Position numbers and translations under genes: made by a program. From an uncultured archaeon (GTDB taxonomy: Archaea > Nanobdellota > Nanobdellia > Pacearchaeales > GW2011-AR1): 52,765 bases of DNA. Positions 1 through 10,627 of the stretch are shown here, piece by piece. The DNA is taken from contig CAIKWG010000030.1 in NCBI GenBank assembly GCA_903831045.1, forward strand, positions 1 through 52,765, read 5' to 3'. The stretch's first letter is position 1. Each line of letters begins with the position of its first letter. The notes under the pieces are model-generated. The model had not been told where the DNA came from and made no database searches. It saw nothing but the letters and a program-made list of their open reading frames with translations.

Positions 1-67
1 ACGTGAGGGAGGGTTATATATTTTAAAGGATACAAACAATTAAAAAAGAAAAGAACGTCTTTTTTTC

Positions 68-1279
68 ATGAAAGGAGAATTAGATGATATTTTTGAATCT
101 TTTGACAAAAAAAGGATCTTTAAAGATAAAAGTTTGCTGCAAATTAATTATAAACCAGAAAAAATAATTCATAGATCAGAGCAAATTAAACAAATTGCAT
201 CTATTCTTGCACCTGTTCTAAGGGGAGAAAAGACTTCAAATCTCTTCTTATATGGAAAAACTGGTACTGGAAAGACATTATCTGCAATGTATGTAAAAGA
301 TGAATTATATAAAAGATTTGATAAATCTTCAGATTTTGAATTAAGAATAGAATATCTCAATTGTAAATTAAAAAAAGTATCAGACACAGAATATAGAATT
401 CTTGCTGAATTAATTAAAAAGTTAGGGGGAGAAGTTCCTTCAACTGGATTACCTACTCAAGCAGTATATACTCAATTTATTGAGATGATTGATACAAAGA
501 AACAGCTTGTAGTCTTAATTTTAGATGAAATTGATCAAACTGTAAAAAAAATTAATGAGGGATTTTTATATAATTTAACAAGATTAAATTCAGAACTTGT
601 AAGATCTCAAATTATTTTAGTGGGAATTTCAAATAATCTTACTTTCTTGGATGAAATTGATCCTAGAGTGAAAAGTAGTTTGAGTGAAGAGGAGATAGTT
701 TTTCCTCCATATAATGCTTTACAAATTCAGGATATTTTAATGGAAAGATCAGAAGAAGCTTTCCAAAAGGGGATCTTAGAAGATGGAGTTGTATCCAAAT
801 GTGCTGCCTATGCTGCAAGAGAACATGGAGATGCAAGAAGAGCATTGGATCTTCTAAGAGTTGCAGGAGAATTGGCAGAAAGGGCTGGAAGTGGAAAGGT
901 TTGTTTAAAACATATAGATGAAGCAAATAATAAAATTGAAAGAGACAAAATTTTAGATACAATTGCCTCAGAACCTAAACAATTTCAATTAGTTCTCTAT
1001 TCAATTATTCAACTTGCAGAAACAAGAAAAGGAGATCCTTTCTTTACGGGAGATGTGTATAATTTTTATGATAATTTGTGCAAAAAGGAAAAAATAGAAA
1101 TTTTAACTCAAAGAAGGGTTGGAGATATTATTCAAGAATTTGATATGCTGGGAATTATTAATGTTCGTGTCATCTCAAAAGGTCGAGGGGGAAGAATGAG
1201 AGAAATTAAACTTGCAATATCTAATAATATTTTAGATAAAGCAAAAGAAATTGTAGAGGATTCGTTGGATTATATATGA
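68..1279 (+). CDS. cdc6: Orc1/Cdc6 replication initiator (AAA+ ATPase with winged-helix tail)
   Basis: Walker A LYGKTGTGKT and Walker B VLILDEID, 403 aa. PolD genes follow directly, as in the Pyrococcus replication island. Confidence 0.93.
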   Translation: MKGELDDIFESFDKKRIFKDKSLLQINYKPEKIIHRSEQIKQIASILAPVLRGEKTSNLFLYGKTGTGKTLSAMYVKDELYKRFDKSSDFELRIEYLNCKLKKVSDTEYRILAELIKKLGGEVPSTGLPTQAVYTQFIEMIDTKKQLVVLILDEIDQTVKKINEGFLYNLTRLNSELVRSQIILVGISNNLTFLDEIDPRVKSSLSEEEIVFPPYNALQIQDILMERSEEAFQKGILEDGVVSKCAAYAAREHGDARRALDLLRVAGELAERAGSGKVCLKHIDEANNKIERDKILDTIASEPKQFQLVLYSIIQLAETRKGDPFFTGDVYNFYDNLCKKEKIEILTQRRVGDIIQEFDMLGIINVRVISKGRGGRMREIKLAISNNILDKAKEIVEDSLDYI

Positions 1280-1300
1280 TATTAAATTGTAGGAATTACC

Positions 1301-2884
1301 ATGTCAAAGCAGGAATTATTAAACTTTTGTTCAGAAGAAAATATTTTATTAGACAACAGTCTATCTGATTTTTTTGGAACTTTTGAAAATTTCAATTTAG
1401 TAATTGCTTTCTTAAAAAAAATTAAAGATTTTAGTGGAAAAAGGTTTATTTCTTCTTCTCTTCTCTATTCCCTAAGAGGAAAGATTATTCCCTTTTTGAA
1501 AACTTTTCCAGAAGAGGATAAAATTCTTATTCAAAAAATTCAGGATAAATTTAATCTTTCTGATAAAAAAGAAGAAAAAGTTGATAAAATTAAAGAGATT
1601 AAACAAAAAGAATCAATTATAAAAATTTTAAGTTCTTATTCTCTTGGAGGGAAAGTATTTGAAGTTAAAGATTTCCTTTTATTTTTTAAGGAGAGATATA
1701 ATGATTTTAAAACAGTTTTGCAACATAATCCAGAATTAGAAAATTTAATTGCAATAAATAGAATTACTAAAGATAAGCAAAAATTGTCTCTCATTGGAAT
1801 GATTTATAGTAAAAGCACGACAAAAAATAAAAATATTGTTTTGGAGGTTGAGGATTTGACTGGAATTATTAAAATTATTATAAGCAAGGATAAAGAAGAA
1901 CTTTATACCAAAGCAGATAATCTTCCTCTTGATTCAGTTGTTGGAATAAAAGGATTTGGTAATAGGGATGTTCTTTTTGCAAATGATATAATCCTTCCTG
2001 AAGCAAGATTGGAAGGAGGTAGAAAAAAATCTTCTGAGGAAGAGTATGTTCTTTTTATTGGTGATTTACATTATGGAAGTAAAAATTTTATTGAAAAGGA
2101 TTTTTTGAAATTTATTGAATATTTGAATGGAAACTTGCCAAATACTCCTGAGGTGGAGAAGATAAAATATCTTTTTATTATTGGTGATTTAATAACTGGA
2201 GTTGGAAATTATCCAGATCAAGAGAAAGATTTACTTTTTATAGATCTTGAAGAACAATTTTCAAAAGTTGCAGAACTTTTATCTAAAATACGAAAAGATA
2301 TTAAGATTATACTTAGCCCGGGAAATCATGATGGAGTCAGGCTTATGGAACCCCAGCCTATTCTTAATGAGAAATTTGCTTGGCCATTGTATAACTTAGA
2401 AAATTTAATAATAACTGAAAATCCCTGTCTTGTTAATATTGGTTCTTCTGATGATTTTGAAGGATTTAATGTTCTAACCTATCATGGTTTCTCTTTTCCT
2501 CATTATGCTAATACTGCTCCTTCTCTTATGACTGAAAAAACAATGAATTCTCCAGAAAAAATTATGAAATATCTTCTTAATTATAGACATCTTGCTCCAA
2601 CACATGGATCTGTGCAGTATTTTCCATTAGGTAAGGATCCTCACTTTATTTCAAAAGTTCCAGATATTTTTGTGTCAGGGCATACTCATAAAAGTGGAAT
2701 AGCCTATCATAATGATATTTTGATAATTTCTGTATCTAGCTGGGAATCTATTACTCCCTATCAGGAAAAATTTGGAAATAAACCAGATCATTGTAAAGTT
2801 CCTATTTTTAATTTGAGTACACGTGCAATTAAGATTTTAGATTTTGAAACAGTTGAAGGAGAAAAAAATGAAGATAGGAATTGA
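1301..2884 (+). CDS. DNA polymerase D (Pol II) small subunit DP1
   Basis: Calcineurin-like phosphoesterase motifs FIGDLHYGS, IGDLITG, PGNHD and SGHTH in the C-terminal half. 527 aa, located between orc1 and DP2. Confidence 0.9.
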   Translation: MSKQELLNFCSEENILLDNSLSDFFGTFENFNLVIAFLKKIKDFSGKRFISSSLLYSLRGKIIPFLKTFPEEDKILIQKIQDKFNLSDKKEEKVDKIKEIKQKESIIKILSSYSLGGKVFEVKDFLLFFKERYNDFKTVLQHNPELENLIAINRITKDKQKLSLIGMIYSKSTTKNKNIVLEVEDLTGIIKIIISKDKEELYTKADNLPLDSVVGIKGFGNRDVLFANDIILPEARLEGGRKKSSEEEYVLFIGDLHYGSKNFIEKDFLKFIEYLNGNLPNTPEVEKIKYLFIIGDLITGVGNYPDQEKDLLFIDLEEQFSKVAELLSKIRKDIKIILSPGNHDGVRLMEPQPILNEKFAWPLYNLENLIITENPCLVNIGSSDDFEGFNVLTYHGFSFPHYANTAPSLMTEKTMNSPEKIMKYLLNYRHLAPTHGSVQYFPLGKDPHFISKVPDIFVSGHTHKSGIAYHNDILIISVSSWESITPYQEKFGNKPDHCKVPIFNLSTRAIKILDFETVEGEKNEDRN

Positions 2885-3452
2885 TTTGGATGATGTAGTT
2901 TTTGAATTTGCAAGAGAACTATTAATTGAATATAATTTTCATCATGGAACACATTTTACCTTTGAGGATATTTTTTCTTATTATTTCTCGGAAGTTTTAA
3001 AAATTGCTCCTGAAGAAGTTGTTTCTTTCATGAATTCTATTTTTACAGAAGAGAAGGTAACAAACTTGCCTTTGTGTGATTTTGCAAGAGAGTCTATTAA
3101 TAATCTTGCAGAAAAACATGAAATCTATTTTATTACCTCTAGAAGGTATAACCAAGAAGGAACTAGAGAAAGTTTAGAAAAACATTTTTCTAGTCTTAAT
3201 TTTGGCTTAATCTTTTCTTCTAATCCCTATGTTGGAAGTAAAGGAAAAACCAAAGGAGAAATATGTCTTGAACAGGGTATTGATTTTATGATTGAAGATA
3301 GTAAAGAGCATGGGGAAGATTGTGCAAGTAAGGGTATTAAGACTTTGTTAATTCATAAACCCTGGAATATTCAAGCAAATCATGAAAACCTTATTAGAGT
3401 AAATAATTGGAAAGAGATTGTAAATATCATAGAGGAAAAAAATGAACACTGA
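2868..3452 (+). CDS. HAD-superfamily phosphatase, 5'(3')-deoxyribonucleotidase-like
   Basis: N-terminal HAD DxD motif (MKIGIDLDDVV). Size and layout resemble NT5C-type nucleotidases. ORF-track start 2844 trimmed to ATG 2868. The gene overlaps the DP1 stop and the DP2 start. Confidence 0.6.
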   Translation: MKIGIDLDDVVFEFARELLIEYNFHHGTHFTFEDIFSYYFSEVLKIAPEEVVSFMNSIFTEEKVTNLPLCDFARESINNLAEKHEIYFITSRRYNQEGTRESLEKHFSSLNFGLIFSSNPYVGSKGKTKGEICLEQGIDFMIEDSKEHGEDCASKGIKTLLIHKPWNIQANHENLIRVNNWKEIVNIIEEKNEH

Positions 3453-6400
3453 AAGTTATTTTAAGAATTTAAAGGAACAAGTTGAAGAAGTTTATGTTTT
3501 GGCAAATGCAGCCAGAGCCAAGGGATATGATCCGGTTGATGAAGTTGAGATTCCTCTGGCAATGAGTATGGCGGAAAAAGTTGTAGGTCTTATTTCTACA
3601 ATTTATCCTCAAATGATGAATAGTCAAATTGCACCTCGTATTTTAGAATTAGAGCAGCAATACGGAAAATTGGATCCAACAGTTGTTTTTAAAATTGCAG
3701 AAGAAGTTAGTGATCAAAAATTTTGTACTTTCACATCTGTGCTTGAATCTATTGATGCTGGAATTAGAGTAGGATTTGCTTATATTACTCTTGGAGTTGT
3801 TTCCTCTCCAATTGAGGGATATACTGGTTTGGACAGGGGAAAAACAAGAGATGGAAATGATTATCTTATTGCTAACTTTTCTGGTCCAATTCGTTCTGCT
3901 GGAACAACCGCTTCATGTATTGTATTAATGTTAATTGATTTTTTAAGAGAGAAATTTGGATTTGCAAAGTATGATTCAACTGAGGAAGAGGCACGTCGTA
4001 TGTATACAGAACTTTCTGACTTTCATGAAAGAATTGCAAATCTTCAATATATGCCTACAGAGGAAGAGACAATTTTTCTTGCAAAGCACTTACCTTTTCA
4101 GGTATCTGGAGAACCTTCTGAAAAATTAGAAGTTTCAAATTATAAAAATTTATCAAGAATTAGTACAAATTTTCTTCGTAGTGGATTTTGTTTAGTTCTT
4201 GGTGAGGGACTTGCTCAAAAAGCTGCAAAAGGATTTAGATTATATAATATGGCTAGAAAGAATGGAATTCAGGCAACTGGATTTGATTTTCTTGAAGAAT
4301 ATAATAAAATACATGAGAAGAGAACTATGGGTAAAGATAAAGCAAAGGGTCCTCCAACGTATATTAAAGACTTAGTAGCTGGAAGGCCGGTCTTTGGTCA
4401 TCCTGCTCGTTCTGGGGGATTTAGGTTTAGATATGGTAGAGGAAGGAACTCTGGTTTCAGTGCAGTGTGTTTGCATCCTGCAACCATGGAGATGACAGAT
4501 AGATTTCTTGCAATTGGAACTCAATTGAAAGTTGAAAAACCAACAAAAGGATGTGTTGTAACGGTTTGTGATAAAATAGATGGGCCTATAGTAAAATTAA
4601 CCAATGGAAGTGTTAGGAAAGTTACAGAAAGAGAAGAAGCAAAAAAACTTTATTCTAATGTTGAAGAAATTATTTATCTAGGAGACATTTTATTCCCCTT
4701 TTCGGATTTATTAAATAGAAATGCAACTTTAATCAAACCAGGATATGTTGAAGAATGGTGGTATTTAGAACTAAAAGCTAAAGATGCAGAGTTTGCTAAA
4801 ACAATTGATCCTTTTAATGTAGAATTTGAAAAAGCAGTTGAAATTAGTGAAAGATTTTCTCTTCCTCTTCATCCAAGATATATCTATTACTGGAAAGAAA
4901 TTTCTAAGGAATCTTTTATTAATCTTTTAGAATGGATAAATTCTGGATTGTACGAAGGAAAAATCATTCTTCCTTATACAAGGAAGGATAAAGAGGCTTT
5001 TGTCGAGGGAAAAAGAGCTCTTGAATTATTGGGAATACCTCATGAAGTTACCACTGAAAATGTTGTGATGACTTCTTTTGAAAGTGAAGTGCTTTTCCAA
5101 AACCTAGGAATTAATCTTCTGAATAGAGAAAAAGAATTTTCATTAAAGGATTTTTTTAAACTGGATTCTTTTATTGATAAAAACGATATGCTTGAAATTA
5201 TTAATTCTCTATCTAAAATAGAAATTAAAGATAAGTCTGGAGAATTTATCGGTTCTCGTATGGGTAGACCTGAAAAAGCAAAGCTTCGTAAATTAATAGG
5301 AAGTCCAAATGTTCTTTTTTCTGTTGGTAGTCAGGGAGGGAGATTAAGAAGTGTGCAATCCGCTCTTGAAATTGGAAAAATTATGAGTCAGTTTCCTCTT
5401 TATTATTGTCCTTCTTGCAAAAAAGAAACTATCTATAGAAGATGTGAAAGCTGTGATGGAAAAACTGAAAGAAGATATTATTTTTATGATTTAAAAGAAA
5501 AAACTGCCTTTGAAAAATTTGAAGGTTCAGAAAAAAAAGGAACGCCTTATATGTATAAAGAATTGGATATAATCGAACTTTATAACCGATGCAGAGAAAA
5601 ATTAAAAATGACTAAAGATGAAATGCCTTCTTTGATTAAGGGTGTGAGAGGAGTAAGCTCTGATGAAAAAGCTCTGGAACATTTGTGTAAGGGAATTTTG
5701 AGAGCAAAATATGATTTACAGGTTAACAAAGACGGAACAATTCGTATGGATGCAACTGAATTACCTCTTGTTGCATTTAAACCAAAAGAAATTGGAACAA
5801 GTGTAGAAAAATTAATTTCTATGGGATATGACTTGGATGTTTATGGTAATCCTTTGACTAGTGATGAACAAATTGTAGAAATTATGCCTCATGATGTTTT
5901 AATTCCAAGTGCAATAGAAACTCCAGATGAAAGAGGAGAGGATGTTTTTCTTAAGGTTTGCAATTTTATGGATGACCTTCTTGAAAAATTCTATGGATTA
6001 AATCGTTTTTATAACATAAAATCTAAAGAAGATTTAATTGGACAGTTGGGGGTGTGCATGGCTCCACATAATTGTGCGGGAGTTGTTTGTAGATTCATTG
6101 GATTTTCTAAAACTTTAGGATTGATGGCTTCTCCATATATGCATGCGGCAATTAGACGTGATTGTGATGGAGATGAGGCTGCAATTATGCTTCTTGGAGA
6201 CGTGTTACTTAATTTTTCTAGAAAATATTTACCAAGTCATAGGGGTGGAACTCAGGATGCACCTCTTGTTCTAAATGCTAAGATTGATGCAGGAGAAGTA
6301 GATGATCAAATTTTAGATTTTGAATTTGTTTTTGAATATCCTTTGGATCTTTATAAAAAAGCAGAACAAAGATTGCATTCTTCTGAAGTTAGCGTGTATA

Positions 6401-6912
6401 ATGTTAAGAAAATTTTGAAAGAGGGAAAAGATCCTTTTCATGGTGCAGGATTCACACATGATACAAATGATTTTAATGATGGAGTTGTTTGTTCTTCTTA
6501 CAAGCTTTTAGGTTCAATGCAGGAAAAAGTAAATCATCAAATGGCTCTGGTAGAAAGAATAAGAGCTGTCGATACATCTGATACTGCTAGATTGATTATT
6601 GAGAGACATTTTATTAGAGATATGAGAGGTAATCTTAGAAATTTTTCTGTTCAGAGTTTTAGATGTGTTGCTTGTAATGAAATTGCAAGAAGAATTCCTC
6701 TTGCTGGTGTTTGTCCTGCATGTGGTGGAAAATTAATCTTTACAATTCATGAAGGTGGAATTAAAAAATATTTAGACCCTGCACTGGAATTATCCAAGAA
6801 ATATAATTTATCTCCCTATCTAAAGCAAACATTAGAATTGGTAAAGGGATATATTGATTCTATTTTTGGAAAAGAGAGAGAGAAACAGGAAAGTATTGAT
6901 AAGTGGTTTTAA
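3442..6912 (+). CDS. DNA polymerase D (Pol II) large catalytic subunit DP2
   Basis: 1156 aa. Catalytic-type string AIRRDCDGDEA and two Cys4 zinc modules (CPSCKK..CESC, CVAC..CPAC). The length argues against an intein. Confidence 0.95.
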   Translation: MNTESYFKNLKEQVEEVYVLANAARAKGYDPVDEVEIPLAMSMAEKVVGLISTIYPQMMNSQIAPRILELEQQYGKLDPTVVFKIAEEVSDQKFCTFTSVLESIDAGIRVGFAYITLGVVSSPIEGYTGLDRGKTRDGNDYLIANFSGPIRSAGTTASCIVLMLIDFLREKFGFAKYDSTEEEARRMYTELSDFHERIANLQYMPTEEETIFLAKHLPFQVSGEPSEKLEVSNYKNLSRISTNFLRSGFCLVLGEGLAQKAAKGFRLYNMARKNGIQATGFDFLEEYNKIHEKRTMGKDKAKGPPTYIKDLVAGRPVFGHPARSGGFRFRYGRGRNSGFSAVCLHPATMEMTDRFLAIGTQLKVEKPTKGCVVTVCDKIDGPIVKLTNGSVRKVTEREEAKKLYSNVEEIIYLGDILFPFSDLLNRNATLIKPGYVEEWWYLELKAKDAEFAKTIDPFNVEFEKAVEISERFSLPLHPRYIYYWKEISKESFINLLEWINSGLYEGKIILPYTRKDKEAFVEGKRALELLGIPHEVTTENVVMTSFESEVLFQNLGINLLNREKEFSLKDFFKLDSFIDKNDMLEIINSLSKIEIKDKSGEFIGSRMGRPEKAKLRKLIGSPNVLFSVGSQGGRLRSVQSALEIGKIMSQFPLYYCPSCKKETIYRRCESCDGKTERRYYFYDLKEKTAFEKFEGSEKKGTPYMYKELDIIELYNRCREKLKMTKDEMPSLIKGVRGVSSDEKALEHLCKGILRAKYDLQVNKDGTIRMDATELPLVAFKPKEIGTSVEKLISMGYDLDVYGNPLTSDEQIVEIMPHDVLIPSAIETPDERGEDVFLKVCNFMDDLLEKFYGLNRFYNIKSKEDLIGQLGVCMAPHNCAGVVCRFIGFSKTLGLMASPYMHAAIRRDCDGDEAAIMLLGDVLLNFSRKYLPSHRGGTQDAPLVLNAKIDAGEVDDQILDFEFVFEYPLDLYKKAEQRLHSSEVSVYNVKKILKEGKDPFHGAGFTHDTNDFNDGVVCSSYKLLGSMQEKVNHQMALVERIRAVDTSDTARLIIERHFIRDMRGNLRNFSVQSFRCVACNEIARRIPLAGVCPACGGKLIFTIHEGGIKKYLDPALELSKKYNLSPYLKQTLELVKGYIDSIFGKEREKQESIDKWF

Positions 6913-6916
6913 AATC

Positions 6917-7402
6917 ATGGTCGAAAAAAATAATTTTCTTGAGATAACAAAAGCTAGAAATGGGCAGGGGTTATTCTTAAAAAAAGATATAAATTTAAAT
7001 CAAAAAATTTTGAGATTAGAAGGGGATTATTTTGAGGTTGAGATTGAACCAACTTTAAGTGAAGAAGTAATTGCTAATTCTGTTAGATATAATAAAGATA
7101 TTTATCTTGATACAACAAAAAGCTATTCTAAATATTTAAATCATTCTTGTATGCCTAATTCTTATATTTTAAAAGAAGGAGAACATCTATTCCTAGTAGC
7201 ATTAGATAAAATTAATTCTGGAGAAGAATTAACAATTGATTATTCTACTATAATTGCCTTGGATGACTTCTGGAAAATGGATTGTAATTGTGGAGAAATT
7301 AATTGCAGGCATAAAATAGGAAACTGGACAACGTTACCCAAGGATATTTTTAAAAAATATACTGATAGAAGAATGATTCCAGAGTATATTCTAGAAATTT
7401 AA
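6917..7402 (+). CDS. SET-domain protein lysine methyltransferase
   Basis: SET motifs NHSCMPNS and GEELTIDY plus post-SET CNCGEINC. ORF-track start 6854 trimmed to ATG 6917, 4 nt after the DP2 stop. Confidence 0.8.
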   Translation: MVEKNNFLEITKARNGQGLFLKKDINLNQKILRLEGDYFEVEIEPTLSEEVIANSVRYNKDIYLDTTKSYSKYLNHSCMPNSYILKEGEHLFLVALDKINSGEELTIDYSTIIALDDFWKMDCNCGEINCRHKIGNWTTLPKDIFKKYTDRRMIPEYILEI

Positions 7403-8580
7403 AATAGATATAAAATAATTGTTGGAATTAGCAAGCATCCCATCATGTTTGTTCTTTTTGTTCCGGTGTTAATGCAATAGATTCCAGTAAATGTAGAAAT
7501 AACTAAGATTAACAATCCAATAAATCCAGAAATGATTATCGTAAGAATTACCAAAAGGATAATTGTCGCAAGGGAAATTTTTGTGTAATCTATTTTGTTT
7601 ATTCTATTTGCAAAGAATTTGGCTAAAATCTTAGAGAGATAGTAGGCAATGATTCCAGAGATAAGAGTTATAATTAAAATTAATATTAATTCTTTCAATT
7701 CTACCTGTCCTAGAATATTTTGAATTGCAACTGCTACTCCTGTTCTTCCTTTTGAAATTGAATAAATTGAGATAAATGAAAAACCCATCACTAAAAGGTT
7801 TGTTAATCCTAAAAGAAATAGGAAATCTTTTCTTTCTGTTCTTGCAATTGTATTGCCTAGAACTGTTGCTTGACTGCTTCCCAATCCTGGTAAAAATCCA
7901 CAGAGAGGAGATGCAATTAAAGAGCCTAAAATTGGTTTGAAATATTTTGGTTTCGCTTCGGTAAATTCCTGCTGAGGGATTTTAACTTTATTTTTTATGC
8001 TTAATATTAAAGAAGAACTACCGAATAATCCTGAAAGAAGAGGGAGAAGAGGTTCTTTCAGTTCCATGTTTAGAATAATTGTTCCGAGTATTCCTGTTAT
8101 TGCAATGACTATCGCAGCTGGAATCTTTTCTTTTTCTGTAAGAATTAAAATTAAAACAACTCCTATTAATATATAAGGAATTGCTTTTCCAATGAACTCA
8201 TAGATTGGGGGAACAGCCCAGAGAAGAAGAGGTGTTATTACTATTAATAGAAAAACTCCAATGAAACATCCTTTTGTACTAAGTAAAACTGCTTCGTAGC
8301 CCTTCCCCTGTTTGAGTAATTCATGACCAGGAAGTGCAGATAAACTTGTATCTTCGTTTGGGCATCCTAGAAAGATTGATGGAATAAAATCTAGGAAGGT
8401 GTGAGTAATTGCCATGGCTGTTATAAAGATTACAAAATAAATTGGAAAACTTGTGGCACTTGTGGCTGCAATTGAAACTACTGCAACTCCAATAAGATTG
8501 ATGTGCAAACCGGGGGTTAAACCAGAAATTGTTCCTGCAAGAATTCCTAAAAACAGAAATAAAATCATTTCTATAATCAT
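7399..8580 (-). CDS. Polytopic membrane protein, TctA/DUF112-like transporter subunit
   Basis: 393 aa and almost entirely hydrophobic. Repeated G-x-[LI]-PGL-like strings (GLTPGLHINLI, GFLPGLGSSQ) are typical of the TctA family. Confidence 0.55.
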   Translation of the reverse strand: MIIEMILFLFLGILAGTISGLTPGLHINLIGVAVVSIAATSATSFPIYFVIFITAMAITHTFLDFIPSIFLGCPNEDTSLSALPGHELLKQGKGYEAVLLSTKGCFIGVFLLIVITPLLLWAVPPIYEFIGKAIPYILIGVVLILILTEKEKIPAAIVIAITGILGTIILNMELKEPLLPLLSGLFGSSSLILSIKNKVKIPQQEFTEAKPKYFKPILGSLIASPLCGFLPGLGSSQATVLGNTIARTERKDFLFLLGLTNLLVMGFSFISIYSISKGRTGVAVAIQNILGQVELKELILILIITLISGIIAYYLSKILAKFFANRINKIDYTKISLATIILLVILTIIISGFIGLLILVISTFTGIYCINTGTKRTNMMGCLLIPTIILYLF

Positions 8581-8678
8581 TCTATTTTAATGAATTTGAA
8601 TATTATATTTTTTAGGGTAATCATAGGATAGTCTTCTTTTATAGAAATGTTTAATAATCTTCAAAATTTCTGTTTGTA

Positions 8679-9674
8679 ATGGTTAAAAAAGCAGTTACTA
8701 ATTCAAAATTAAGCGTAGATGAAAGAATGGAGTTGATTAAAAGAAACACTCTAGAAATAGTAAGTGAAGAAGAGCTTTTAAATCTATTAAAAAAGAAAAA
8801 AGAAATTTCTGTTTATTGTGGTTATGAACCAAACGGTCCGATGCATCTCGGACATTTTGTTACAATCTTGAAGTTGATGGATTTGGATAAAGCCGGAATT
8901 AAAGTTAAGATCTTATTAGCAGATGTTCATGCTTTACTTAATCGTAAAGGTTCGAAGGAAGATATTGCTAAAGAAGTAAATAACTGGAAAAAAACCATTA
9001 AAGCAGTCGGATTTGATAATGCTGAAATTGTTTTAGGAAGTGATTTTCAATTTAAAGAAAAATATCAAATGGACGTTATGTTATTAGCGCAAAATTCAAC
9101 AATTCAGAGAGGATTAAGAAGTATGCAAGAAATTGCTCGTGATGTTGAGAATGCAACTATCTCTCAATTATGGTATCCTTTAATGCAAGTTGCAGATATT
9201 AAACATCTTGGAGTTGATATTGCTCTTGGAGGAATGGAGCAAAGAAAGGTTCACATGATTGGAAAAGATATGTCTAAAGTTATGAATTATGATTTTGTTG
9301 CTTTGCACACCCCATTAATTACTTCGTTAAAAGGTCCTGGGCAAAAAATGTCCAAATCTCTTCCTGGTTCTGGAATTAGTATCACGGATAGTTATGATGA
9401 AATTAAAAAAACAATTAATGGGGCTTATTGTCCAGAAGGAGATATTACAGAAAATCCTCTTTTGCAAATCATGAAATTAATTATTTTTCCTAAATTTGAA
9501 AAAGTAGAAATTAAAAGGTCAGATAAATTTGGTGGAAATTTATCTTTTGGTAATTATTCTGAACTTGAAAAAATATATTCTGAAAAGAAATTGCATCCAA
9601 TGGATTTGAAAGCATGTGCAACAGAATATTTAGAGAAGATAATTGCACCTATTAGAAAAAATTATGAGAAGTAA
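8679..9674 (+). CDS. tyrS: Tyrosyl-tRNA synthetase (archaeal type)
   Basis: Class I motifs HLGH (PMHLGH) and KMSKS. 331 aa with an archaeal TyrRS-like N-terminus (ERMELIKRNTLEIVSEEEL). Confidence 0.85.
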   Translation: MVKKAVTNSKLSVDERMELIKRNTLEIVSEEELLNLLKKKKEISVYCGYEPNGPMHLGHFVTILKLMDLDKAGIKVKILLADVHALLNRKGSKEDIAKEVNNWKKTIKAVGFDNAEIVLGSDFQFKEKYQMDVMLLAQNSTIQRGLRSMQEIARDVENATISQLWYPLMQVADIKHLGVDIALGGMEQRKVHMIGKDMSKVMNYDFVALHTPLITSLKGPGQKMSKSLPGSGISITDSYDEIKKTINGAYCPEGDITENPLLQIMKLIIFPKFEKVEIKRSDKFGGNLSFGNYSELEKIYSEKKLHPMDLKACATEYLEKIIAPIRKNYEK

Positions 9675-9676
9675 TT

Positions 9677-10594
9677 TTATTTTGTTTTAAATTCTACAAC
9701 GTCTAAATCTTTCAGTTGATGATTCAATCCTACAATCTGTCCTCCGAACTTTGATGAGGGCCCCCATATTTTTGTTTCCTTAATTTTTTGAGAGAATCCC
9801 TTAAGTATTTTTTCTGCAGCATCTTTTACTGTAGAACGCGGTTTCATTATCATTGCTCTATTTGATTTTTCTTTTCCTGGTTCTTTGGTAAAAATTCTCA
9901 AAACCTTAAAACTATTGAATATCTTTTCTTTTAATTCTTCAATTCCATTTTCTTCCCATTCTGTAATGGTTGAAATTAAAACAAAATTATATTTTTTACT
10001 TTGAAGGGTTGCAGCAATCTTTCTTCTTTGGGTTTCTTCGAGTAAATCAGTTTTGTTAAAACAAATTATCTTCTTACCAGAGGCATAGGGTAACATGTTT
10101 TCTATTTCTTTTATTTCTGAAAGTTCATTAACTAGAATTATTAGCGTATCTGTTGTGTGTACAATTCCTTTATCAAAATTTTCTCCATCTATTGCGGGAA
10201 TTTCTACTACCTGTATTTGGGTTCCATTATGTTCCAAAATTCCAACTTGAGGTTCGGTTGTAGTAAATCTATTTCCTGATATCCTTGGAGAGGCATTTGT
10301 TAATATTTTTAGCAACGATGATTTACCAGAGTTTGTTTTTCCAACAATTACCACCTGCATGTCTCCTTTTTTTAAGCCAAGTTGTTTGGATTTTCCAGCT
10401 TTCTTTCTTTTTTCAACATCTCCTTCAAGTCTTTTTTTTCTTGTTCTAAGATTTGCCAAAAGATTTTCAGAAGACTTATGTTTTGGAGCTACCTTTAGCA
10501 TGACATCTAATGCGGCTATTTGACTCTCGGGTGTTTTTGCTTCAAGATATTCTTTCTCTGCTTTTGCATATTCTGGGGAAGCATTAACTGGCAT
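9677..10594 (-). CDS. DRG/Obg-family GTPase with C-terminal TGS domain
   Basis: G1 motif GKTNSGKSSLL, a TTTEPQVG switch region, an NKTD G4 motif, and a TGS-like C-terminus (VLRIFTKEPG...VGLNHQLKDLDVVEF). Confidence 0.8.
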   Translation of the reverse strand: MPVNASPEYAKAEKEYLEAKTPESQIAALDVMLKVAPKHKSSENLLANLRTRKKRLEGDVEKRKKAGKSKQLGLKKGDMQVVIVGKTNSGKSSLLKILTNASPRISGNRFTTTEPQVGILEHNGTQIQVVEIPAIDGENFDKGIVHTTDTLIILVNELSEIKEIENMLPYASGKKIICFNKTDLLEETQRRKIAATLQSKKYNFVLISTITEWEENGIEELKEKIFNSFKVLRIFTKEPGKEKSNRAMIMKPRSTVKDAAEKILKGFSQKIKETKIWGPSSKFGGQIVGLNHQLKDLDVVEFKTK

Positions 10595-10627
10595 ATAATT
10601 TTAAAACTCCTGTGACTTAAAAATTTA

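Noticed and set aside
1-67. Replication origin elements upstream of orc1/cdc6
   Set aside because: Only 67 nt are available, and I could identify no ORB-like inverted repeat pair in them. The origin, if present, would lie off the window.
169-962. ORF-track entries 169..387(-) and 663..962(-)
   Set aside because: They lie antisense inside the well-supported orc1/cdc6 gene. Their translations are low-complexity, L/F/S-rich and have no motifs, as is typical of shadow ORFs in AT-rich DNA.
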